Part shown: positions 1-6,761 of the stretch, in pieces | Layout: each line of letters opens with the position of its first letter | How positions within the stretch are numbered: the first letter of the stretch is position 1 | Source: Candidatus Bathyarchaeum sp. | GTDB taxonomy: Archaea > Thermoproteota > Bathyarchaeia > Bathyarchaeales > Bathyarchaeaceae | DNA: 16,983 nucleotides | Direction: 5' to 3' | Assembly (NCBI GenBank): GCA_026014495.1 | Contig: JAOZIF010000187.1 | Coordinates: 1 to 16,983, forward strand | Made by a program: the position numbers and the translations under genes | Notes under the pieces: generated by a model | What the model was told of the DNA's origin: nothing | Database searches by the model: none | The model's input: the letters and a program-made list of their open reading frames with translations, nothing else

Positions 1-62
1 GCATTTTCGGGCTTCCCAAGATGATTATTTACAGTTCCAGCGCCAATATATTGGTTGGGCAA
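1..62 (-). CDS. Possible 5' end of a gene running off the left edge (MPNQYIGAGTVNNHLGKPEN...)
   Basis: TTG at 62-60 with an SD-like GTGAGG at 75-70, and the frame stays open to the window edge. Only 20 codons are visible. Confidence 0.25.
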   Translation of the reverse strand, partial: MPNQYIGAGTVNNHLGKPEN

Positions 63-249
63 TGTACTGCCTCACTTTCATGAAATCTCATTCGGTGTGA
101 TATGTAAGATTGCCTGTCTGCAATAAGATAAGTAAGAGGATTATTTTTTCAGTAGAATTGTTATAGTGTAAGATAATGAAATATGCACACGTCCATTCTG
201 TGGTGGTTTTTACTTTAAAGAAAAAGAGTAAAATTTAACCCCCAAACCC

Positions 250-275
250 AAAAAAAGAAGCAGGATATAAAAAAT
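250..275 (-). terminator. Oligo(dT) tracts, candidate archaeal terminator for the 378..620 gene
   Basis: A7 at 250-256 and a further A-run near 270-274 on the + strand read as T-runs on the - strand, downstream of the stop. Confidence 0.3.
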
Positions 276-377
276 TACTAAGCAAATTCTGGGACGGCTA
301 CGTCATCCCCTAGTTTTTCGGGGGCATCTGTGCAGTTAAGGCTCTATCACATTGTTCGGTTGTAAAATTGGTGATTG

Positions 378-620
378 CTATTGGTGGTGTTGCATCCACG
401 AAATTTTAATTATGTTGCGTTTTTCTAGTCTTCGTATTGCTTCAAGAAATTCGCTTTTTTGTTTTCCGCTGAGTTCAAACTCTTGCATCATGTCCTTAAC
501 TGGGGTTTGGGCAGATCCACACCTTTGGTGGCGGCGTTGCAAATGGTTCACGACACGGCGCTCTATTTTTCCGCATTTCCAGGTAGTGTTTCGGAGAAGA
601 GTGGCGATAGACGTAATCAT
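378..620 (-). CDS. Small basic hypothetical protein, winged-helix-like C-terminal half
   Basis: 80-aa ORF with amphipathic helices followed by a beta-strand-like segment (VKDMMQEFELSGKQKSEFLEAIRRLEKRNIIKI). It is divergent from the gene at 792, and oligo-T runs lie downstream on the minus strand. The start is uncertain. Confidence 0.55.
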   Translation of the reverse strand: MITSIATLLRNTTWKCGKIERRVVNHLQRRHQRCGSAQTPVKDMMQEFELSGKQKSEFLEAIRRLEKRNIIKISWMQHHQ

Positions 621-727
621 CTTCTGGGCTTCTAGCCCTCTGTGATTAGCCAGAACATTTCACCCCAAAGCTAACTTCCAATACCTCGATGGCATACGCA
701 TAATTATTTGTTTTTGTTTTGCTGCCT

Positions 728-740
728 AAACCTTTATATT
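728..740 (+). promoter_or_regulatory. Archaeal BRE-TATA-like promoter (AAACC-TTTATATT), possibly bidirectional
   Basis: The motif lies about 50 nt upstream of ATG 792, in a divergent intergenic region, and GGTGA/AGGA SD-like sites precede the ATG. Confidence 0.55.
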
Positions 741-791
741 TGACGCCCGCTCCCTGCAGAAAATTCTTGGCAGCCAGGTGATTAACAGGAA

Positions 792-1307
792 ATGGACGAC
801 ATCGTTGCGCTGATTACTTTAGACCCAAAAACCAGAGCAATCACTGACTTGTCAGTTACACAAAAACAGTTTAGGTTCAAGTGTAAGCGATGTGCTGTTT
901 TATGCTGCAAACTTGGAGGACCACCACTTACAAAAAAAGATATTGAACAAATAGAAAAAGCAGGTTATGCTAAGAAAGACTTTCTTGAACCCACAAACAG
1001 GAACGCCGAAAACTTGCCCCAAATGTGTGGCACTCTAAAAACTAGACCCGACGGGTCATGCATTTTTTTACAACAAGACCTTGAACAAAACTGCTTCACG
1101 TGCAGCATATACGATTATAGGCCATCCCTATGCAGGCTCTACCCATTTAGCCTCGAAAACTTGGACTCTAAACGCATCGCCTTGAAAATTATTCCCTGCT
1201 GCATGGGACTAAACAACCCAGAGGGAAACGTCTTGGATTACAAATTTGTTTCTTGCTATCTTGAACATTTACTTGACGTGATACTACCTAACAAAAAATG
1301 CAATTAA
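792..1307 (+). CDS. YkgJ-family cysteine-cluster protein (putative Zn or Fe-S binding)
   Basis: Motifs FKCKRCAVLCC, GSCIFL, CSIYDYRPSLCRLYPF and a C-terminal CC-G match the YkgJ/CxxCxxCC pattern. Confidence 0.85.
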   Translation: MDDIVALITLDPKTRAITDLSVTQKQFRFKCKRCAVLCCKLGGPPLTKKDIEQIEKAGYAKKDFLEPTNRNAENLPQMCGTLKTRPDGSCIFLQQDLEQNCFTCSIYDYRPSLCRLYPFSLENLDSKRIALKIIPCCMGLNNPEGNVLDYKFVSCYLEHLLDVILPNKKCN

Positions 1308-1349
1308 CTCTGAACCTGCTCATCTGGTGTACAAAAGACATAGACTTGG

Positions 1350-1718
1350 TTACTCTAGTTTTCCGTTTTTTGCCTCAAACTTGGAATTACATGTTATCTT
1401 GCCCTTTTCATTGGTTACACATTTGACGCCTTCAGAAAATGTGACCCCAACTAATCGCCTAAATGCTTTGCCAAAGTCATCTTCTTTGTCATCAAACCAG
1501 CACAGAACGTAGCTGTCCGATTTTCCCTCTTTTGTAATTAAAACATCAATGTCGCCCATTATTGGAAAGAAATCCTCAAGGTCACAACTTAATTTAACGT
1601 TTTCCTCTTTGGCGACAACAAGTCTACGCGCCTTAACCGCCACAAACGGTTCTCTTACAGGCTCCCCAAACCTTTCCTTGTAAAACGTAATCACTGGCTT
1701 TTCCCAAACAAACTGCAA
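1350..1718 (-). CDS. Hypothetical protein, 122 aa, predicted beta-rich
   Basis: TTG start with SD GAGGGG 6 nt upstream and a protein-like composition. It follows the cupin gene on the same strand. I recognised no family motif. Confidence 0.75.
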   Translation of the reverse strand: MQFVWEKPVITFYKERFGEPVREPFVAVKARRLVVAKEENVKLSCDLEDFFPIMGDIDVLITKEGKSDSYVLCWFDDKEDDFGKAFRRLVGVTFSEGVKCVTNEKGKITCNSKFEAKNGKLE

Positions 1719-1768
1719 AACAAACCCCTCTACCTAAACTAGGGCTGCAGCCAATTTAAGACTTCAGT

Positions 1769-2110
1769 TTATTCTTGCTTGTAGGGTACAAAACAAAGAA
1801 ACTTGCATGTTTTGCTGCTGTTGTTTTTTAGTTGATGCGTCTGGTTTGAAGGAATAAAGATGACATCACCAGCTTTGAACTTCTTTTCTTCTTCTCCGCC
1901 AACAACAAGTCCCTCTCCCTCTAGTATGAATACTTCATGCTCCCAGTTGTGGCTGTGAAGCGGGCTGTGTCCTCCAGCTTCCATCTCGAACAGCCTCATG
2001 GCAAAGTTTTCTGCTCCCATCTCTTTGGTTATTAGCCACCTAATGTTTAGTTTTGAGCTTCCGCCCTCAGCGTCTTTTGCTTTGATGTCGGTATAATGAA
2101 ATATTTTCAT
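1769..2110 (-). CDS. Cupin-domain protein (TM1459-like metal-binding cupin)
   Basis: Cupin motif 1 G-H-S-P-L-H-S-H-x-W-E-H-E-V-F, motif 2 G-D-V-I-F-I-P-S-N-Q-T-H and C-terminal FLCFVP. SD GAGGA upstream. Confidence 0.9.
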   Translation of the reverse strand: MKIFHYTDIKAKDAEGGSSKLNIRWLITKEMGAENFAMRLFEMEAGGHSPLHSHNWEHEVFILEGEGLVVGGEEEKKFKAGDVIFIPSNQTHQLKNNSSKTCKFLCFVPYKQE

Positions 2111-2170
2111 GACATTTTCCTCAGAAACTAATGTTATAACAAAGAAAATACTAGTGCTGCTTAATTAGTA

Positions 2171-2184
2171 ACCCTTTTATATAT
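2171..2184 (+). promoter_or_regulatory. Archaeal BRE-TATA-like promoter (ACCC-TTTTATATAT) for the uORF/helicase transcript
   Basis: Strong TATA box in the divergent cupin/helicase intergenic region. Confidence 0.55.
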
Positions 2185-2219
2185 GCGTTGCTTGTTGAGT
2201 TGTATCGTCACATTAACTC

Positions 2220-2285
2220 ATGCTTACTCGAGAAGCTTTAGAAGACTTTTGCGAACTATATAGAAAGACTTTTGAAGAATTTTGA
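2220..2285 (+). CDS. Candidate 21-aa leader peptide (MLTREALEDFCELYRKTFEEF) upstream of the DEAD-box helicase
   Basis: ATG at 2220, about 35 nt downstream of the TATA box, ending in a double stop TGATGA at 2283-2288. It contains repeated AAGA(C/A)TTTTG units. Confidence 0.3.
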   Translation: MLTREALEDFCELYRKTFEEF

Positions 2286-2325
2286 TGACCGCGTGTAAAA
2301 ATTTTGTGACAGGAGGAAATAATAG

Positions 2326-3456
2326 ATGACAATACGAAACTTTGAAGACTTACCCTTAACTCCTGACGTCATGAAAGGGATAGAAGAGCTTGGATTTACT
2401 GAACTTTTTCCAATACAAGCTCAAGCAATAATACCTTTACTAGAAGGAAAAGATGTTATCGGGCAAGCACAAACAGGAACGGGCAAAACCGCAGCCTTCG
2501 GAATACCGATGGTTGAACGTATAAACCCGAACAACAAAAAAGTACAAGGCTTAGTACTAGCGCCAACACGCGAACTTGCAATACAAGTCGCAACGCGCAT
2601 AAGCCGATTTAGCAAATACACAAAGCTGAAAGTTCTGCCAGTTTATGGTGGAGAATCAATCAACAAACAAATCCGAGCCCTGCAAAGAGGCGTCCACATA
2701 GTTGTTGGTACGCCAGGTCGAACAATAGACCATCTAAAACGAGGAACACTAAATCTTTCGTCAACAAAAGTTGTTGTTCTAGACGAAGCTGACAGAATGC
2801 TTGACATGGGATTCATAGACGACATACAATACATACTCTCAAAAGTTCCCACAGACAGACAACTTAGTTTATTCTCTGCAACAATAGACGATTCAGTAAT
2901 GAACGTGTGCCACCGCTACATGAAAAACCCAGAAAAAGTACTTGTAAGCAAAGACGAGATAGCTCTTGAACAACTAAACCAGTACTACATGGTAGTAAAT
3001 TCGAGAAACAAAATTGACTATCTTCTTAAAATGCTACAAACAAGCAATGTTGGAAAAGCAATCATATTTTGCAACACCCGCAGAGGAACAGACTGGCTAG
3101 CACGCAAACTACGAGCAAACAGATACTCTGCAGAACCAATGCACGCGGGTTTCACTCAAGCACAAAGAGAACGAGTTACCCAAGCTTTCAGAAATGGACA
3201 ATTCGACTTTCTTATAGCAACAGATGTTGCTGCAAGAGGCTTAGACATTCAAGGAATAACACACATAATCAACTTTGATGTCCCAGTAGAAGCACCAGTG
3301 TATTTCCACAGAATCGGAAGAACAGCCAGAAACGGCGGCGAAGGAACAGCAATAACACTTGTGGGCTACGGCGAAATACCAGACCTAAACAAAATCAAGA
3401 ACCTGACAAACACCAACATAGAAGAACTTGAATCAACAAACCCACAATATTGCTAA
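2326..3456 (+). CDS. DEAD-box ATP-dependent RNA helicase (DeaD/CshA-like, core only, no C-terminal RNA-binding extension)
   Basis: Q motif (GFTELFPIQ), motif I AQTGTGKT, Ia PTRELA, Ib TPGR, II DEAD, III SAT, V TDVAARGLD and VI HRIGRTAR are all present. SD GGAGG upstream. Confidence 0.97.
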   Translation: MTIRNFEDLPLTPDVMKGIEELGFTELFPIQAQAIIPLLEGKDVIGQAQTGTGKTAAFGIPMVERINPNNKKVQGLVLAPTRELAIQVATRISRFSKYTKLKVLPVYGGESINKQIRALQRGVHIVVGTPGRTIDHLKRGTLNLSSTKVVVLDEADRMLDMGFIDDIQYILSKVPTDRQLSLFSATIDDSVMNVCHRYMKNPEKVLVSKDEIALEQLNQYYMVVNSRNKIDYLLKMLQTSNVGKAIIFCNTRRGTDWLARKLRANRYSAEPMHAGFTQAQRERVTQAFRNGQFDFLIATDVAARGLDIQGITHIINFDVPVEAPVYFHRIGRTARNGGEGTAITLVGYGEIPDLNKIKNLTNTNIEELESTNPQYC

Positions 3457-3513
3457 AAAAAACATACGCGAAAGATACGCTGAGTAAGCGTATCCCTTCA
3501 CATTTTTAGGGAT
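3455..3513. terminator. Hairpin cluster plus T8 tract between convergent genes
   Basis: Perfect 8-bp inverted repeat GATACGCT-GAGTA-AGCGTATC (3474-3494), an overlapping ATCCCT/AGGGAT stem (3492-3513), and A8 at 3455-3462, which reads as T8 on the - strand. Confidence 0.55.
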
Positions 3514-3535
3514 TGCTCTGAAAACGGGTTTAAAT

Positions 3536-3742
3536 TTACCCTTTCTTCAGAGCTCTCACAAACATCTTTTTCTTTGACGCCCACTGAGTCACAGGTTTCT
3601 TGAACGTTTCAACAAGCCCCGCGTTTTTGAGGTTAGGAATTGCTCCCTTCATATTCATTGGAACCTCTGAAACAATCACTTCACCGCGTTCTTTTATGTA
3701 ATCATAGATTTCCTGTTCTAGAGCAGTTATTTGTTTAGCCAA
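3536..3742 (-). CDS. Small basic hypothetical protein, compact winged-helix-like
   Basis: TTG start with SD GGGGGGA. The pattern EQEIYDYIKERGEV...GAIPNLKNAGLVE resembles a shortened wHTH, and the C-terminus is lysine-rich. Confidence 0.7.
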   Translation of the reverse strand: MAKQITALEQEIYDYIKERGEVIVSEVPMNMKGAIPNLKNAGLVETFKKPVTQWASKKKMFVRALKKG

Positions 3743-3846
3743 ACATTTCCCCCCTTTATTTTTATAAATAGTCAGCTGATTTTGCGCTTCATTTCAGCGC
3801 ATTAAACCTTGAATACTATTAGGCATAACAAGGTTATACACCTTTG

Positions 3847-3946
3847 TATGTTTAACTAAATTGCTTCATGTTTTAGTGTTAACTATCTATCTAACACGGT
3901 CACTATGTTTTAGTCAGCAAACCAACAGCAACTGTTTATGTTTAAT
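3847..3946 (+). repeat. Four dispersed direct copies of YATGTTT(T)AR in the 386-bp intergenic region
   Basis: TATGTTTAAC at 3847, CATGTTTTAG at 3867, TATGTTTTAG at 3904 and TATGTTTAAT at 3937. Confidence 0.5.
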
Positions 3947-4038
3947 GTATCAAATTCACAACCAAAGTCACAGTCTACCTTAAACTGGCTTCAAGGTTAT
4001 GTGAAACAAAAATGAACATTACTTATGTAAGCAAAGCT

Positions 4039-4053
4039 AGTAACCGTTAAATA
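4039..4053 (+). promoter_or_regulatory. Candidate BRE-TATA (GTAACCG-TTAAATA) for the GT4-GalT operon
   Basis: About 75 nt upstream of ATG 4129, with SD GGTGA at 4118-4122. Confidence 0.4.
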
Positions 4054-4128
4054 ACGCTTCTTTACACAACAAAACTGGCTCTTTACTGCTTTAGCCCGAC
4101 AAAAGATAATCTGAAATGGTGAAAAACA

Positions 4129-5403
4129 ATGAAAATAGCTGTGATGGTTTACGAGTATCCGCCCAAAATTGTGGGTGGCTTAGGAACTTATGCCGCGGAA
4201 ATAACACGCAAGTTTGTTTTGCTTGGTCACGACGTCACCGTCTTCACAATGAACGACGACCAAGGCAGTCTTCCCACAAGAGAGCTTCTTCGTGGCATAG
4301 AAATTCATCGCCCCGTACATATTGATGTTTCTGACTCTTTGCCTGATGTGCTAGCTGAAGATGTTAAAAAGTGGGGTAGAGGAATACAATTCTTCTCCAA
4401 AATTTTGATGTATAACTATCTAAGCGCCGCAAAGATGATAAACGAACTTGTCAGAGGCGAAGACTTCAAATTTGATTTAGTTGTAGCCCACGATTGGCTC
4501 TCTGTTATTGCTGGAATCACCATAAAAAAGGAACTTGGGATACCCTTGGCGTTTCATGTGCACTCTAATGAGCGAGGACGCACATTAGGTAATGGTTCAA
4601 GCGTAGTTAGCAGCATAGAAAACAGGGGCGGACAGATGGCGGACAGGGTTATAACTGTCTCGTATGCCATGCAGGATGAGTTGATACAGGCTGGATTTCC
4701 TGCAGAAAACATCAGAGTCTGCTATAATGGTGTAGACCCAAAAAAGTACAGCCCTGACCAAGTAAGCAAAGAGCGAATCAGAGAAATCAAAAGCAAATAT
4801 GGACTTGGCGACGATGATATGATGATACTTTTTGTTGGAAGACTTGTGTGGATTAAGGGCGTGGATAAACTTATCAGGGCAATGCCACAGGTTTTGCAAA
4901 AGATTCCTAACGCAAAACTTGTAGTAGTTGGATTAGGTGACATGCGGGACTATTTGGAGGGGCTGGTTCGTAACCTAAAGCTTGATGATGTTGTTAAGTT
5001 CCGTTTTGAGTTCATACCTGAAGAGGAGCGAATCGCCCACTACGCAGCATGTGATGTTGCAGCTTATCCTAGTCTTTATGAGCCATTTGGAATCGTTACC
5101 TTAGAAGCTATGAGTATGGAAAAACCTGTGGTCGTTGGAGCCGCAGGCACAAGCGGAATGAGAGAAATCGTCAGCATAAGTGGTCCTGACCAATGCGGAT
5201 TTCACATCAACCCAAATGACCCATCAGACATAGCTTGGGGTATTGTAAGCGCCATCGAAGACCCAGAGAAACGCATTCAATTTGGAAGAAACGGCAGAAA
5301 CCGCGTGATTGAACTCTTTAGCTGGGACGCAGCTGCAAAATCAACAATTGATCGTTATACTGAACTTTTAACACCGAAAAAGACTCATGACTCTTCTGCC
5401 TAA
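4129..5403 (+). CDS. Glycosyltransferase family 4 (GT-B retaining), glycogen-synthase/GlgM-like subtype
   Basis: N-terminal MKIAV..YEYPPKIVGGLG, then AHDW, FHVHS, YNGVD, FVGRL..IKG and the EX7E motif PSLYEPFGIVTLEAM. Confidence 0.93.
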   Translation: MKIAVMVYEYPPKIVGGLGTYAAEITRKFVLLGHDVTVFTMNDDQGSLPTRELLRGIEIHRPVHIDVSDSLPDVLAEDVKKWGRGIQFFSKILMYNYLSAAKMINELVRGEDFKFDLVVAHDWLSVIAGITIKKELGIPLAFHVHSNERGRTLGNGSSVVSSIENRGGQMADRVITVSYAMQDELIQAGFPAENIRVCYNGVDPKKYSPDQVSKERIREIKSKYGLGDDDMMILFVGRLVWIKGVDKLIRAMPQVLQKIPNAKLVVVGLGDMRDYLEGLVRNLKLDDVVKFRFEFIPEEERIAHYAACDVAAYPSLYEPFGIVTLEAMSMEKPVVVGAAGTSGMREIVSISGPDQCGFHINPNDPSDIAWGIVSAIEDPEKRIQFGRNGRNRVIELFSWDAAAKSTIDRYTELLTPKKTHDSSA

Positions 5404-5427
5404 ACATGTTTTTAGCTGGAAGAAAGA

Positions 5428-6468
5428 ATGGCAAGTAACCAAGTTCGAAAAGATTATCTGCTAAACCGATGGGTTGTCATCGCTACAGAACGCAAGAAGA
5501 GACCCACAGATTTTGTTACAAAACCTAGTGCAAATAATACAGACGTTTGTCCCTTATGCCCAGATAACGAGCATATGACACCCCCTGCTGTGCTAGTGTA
5601 TCTTTCTTCAGATGAGACTGTTAAAAAAGAAAAAGACCAAAACGGTTTATGCCACAAAAACTGGCTGGTAAGAGTTATCCCCAACATGTATCCTGTTTTT
5701 GCACCTCCAACAAAAAAAGATGATTTAACAAAACAAAGCCCTGAATCGGAAAGAGCCGTAGGGCACCACGAAGTTATCATAGAATCTCCATGCCACGATA
5801 ATCACCCCTCAACAATGAAGCTTTCACAGCTTGTTTACACAATAAGCGCATATCTTGACAGGCTAGCTGTTCTCTCCAAAAAATCATACGTTAAGCACGT
5901 TTCAATCTTCAGAAACCACAGAAAAGAAGCAGGAGCATCTCTTTCTCATCCACACAGCCAACTGATTACATCTCCCTTTATTCCAACAATTCTAGCAGAG
6001 GAACTAAAAGCAAGCAAAAATTACTGGAACAAAAACAGCAAGTGCCTGTTTTGTGACGTTTTGAACAAAGAAGCTGCTGGTCCAAGATTCATTTGGAAAA
6101 ACAACAGTTTTGTAGTTTTTGCTCCTTGGGCAAGCATTAATCCCTTCGAATTTTGGGTTGTGCCCAAACAACACAAATCAAACATGTTATGCATGTCTGG
6201 TGGCGAGATGCATGATTTGGCTGAAACCATGCGAGTTTGCTTAGGCGGTTTACGGTCTTTGTTGAATGACCCGCCATACAATTTTGGTTTCCACACAGTA
6301 CTACCTGAAGATGCAAAGAATTATTATCATTGGCATCTTGAAGTTTATCCCAAGTTGTCTACATGGGCAGGGTTTGAGAAAAGCACAGGAATGTTCATAA
6401 ACACGGTTTCGCCTGAGGACGCCGCCGCAGAACTACGGTCTGCAGTTCAGGCAGAAACAAACCTTTGA
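5428..6468 (+). CDS. galT: Galactose-1-phosphate uridylyltransferase (GalT)-family nucleotidyltransferase, two-zinc subtype
   Basis: R-x-D-x-L..WV.IA.ER.KRP N-terminus, CPLCP, N.YP, GHHEVIIESP, catalytic GASLSHPHSQ, a second CxxC (CLFC) and YHWHLE. Confidence 0.93.
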   Translation: MASNQVRKDYLLNRWVVIATERKKRPTDFVTKPSANNTDVCPLCPDNEHMTPPAVLVYLSSDETVKKEKDQNGLCHKNWLVRVIPNMYPVFAPPTKKDDLTKQSPESERAVGHHEVIIESPCHDNHPSTMKLSQLVYTISAYLDRLAVLSKKSYVKHVSIFRNHRKEAGASLSHPHSQLITSPFIPTILAEELKASKNYWNKNSKCLFCDVLNKEAAGPRFIWKNNSFVVFAPWASINPFEFWVVPKQHKSNMLCMSGGEMHDLAETMRVCLGGLRSLLNDPPYNFGFHTVLPEDAKNYYHWHLEVYPKLSTWAGFEKSTGMFINTVSPEDAAAELRSAVQAETNL

Positions 6469-6483
6469 AGTAATAGCATAAAC

Positions 6484-6759
6484 TTAGCTGTATAAGCTCA
6501 GAACTTTTCTGATTCCATCCGTTGTAAGATGGTACTTGTCTGTTTCTTCTGAACGGAAATGTTTAGCGTAACCTAGTTCGATTAATTTCTGAAGATGACC
6601 CTGCAGTTCAGAGGCATCCATTCTTGTCCATTCTGAAATCTGGACAATAGTTAGCGCTTTTGCGGCTTCTGTTGCGCCTATGTTGTGTAGCATAATTAAA
6701 AGGCGTAGTTGATTGGGCTGCTCATCGGGTTGTGAACGGAAAGAGTGATTATCGCCCAT
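6484..6759 (-). CDS. Winged-helix DNA-binding protein, 91 aa (MarR/TrmB-like fold)
   Basis: I moved the start to ATG 6759, 2 nt after the upstream GT4 stop, with SD AGGTGGTGG. The sequence follows a wHTH pattern: LTIVQISEWTRMDASELQGHLQKLIELGY...YHLTTDG. Confidence 0.85.
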   Translation of the reverse strand: MGDNHSFRSQPDEQPNQLRLLIMLHNIGATEAAKALTIVQISEWTRMDASELQGHLQKLIELGYAKHFRSEETDKYHLTTDGIRKVLSLYS

Positions 6760-6761
6760 GT

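Noticed and set aside
278-345. Minus-strand frame ...DDVAVPEFA** resembling a PEF-CTERM sorting motif or gene remnant
   Set aside because: It has no start codon and is bounded by upstream TGA TAG. The apparent hydrophobic tail after the stops is just T-rich terminator DNA.
352-645. 97-aa + strand ORF
   Set aside because: It is antisense to the more protein-like 378..620 ORF, has an odd Cys/Trp-rich composition, and has no SD.
660-662. In-frame TGA as a selenocysteine codon
   Set aside because: There is no redox-motif context, no recognisable SECIS and no Sec machinery in the window.
2231-2284. AAGACTTTTG repeats as a CRISPR, iteron or ORB origin element
   Set aside because: They are too short and nearly adjacent, lack the G-string of ORB elements, and have no cdc6/orc1 gene nearby.
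3847-3946. Repeats as a degenerate CRISPR array
   Set aside because: The units are only about 10 nt, the spacing is irregular (20, 37 and 33), and there are no cas genes.
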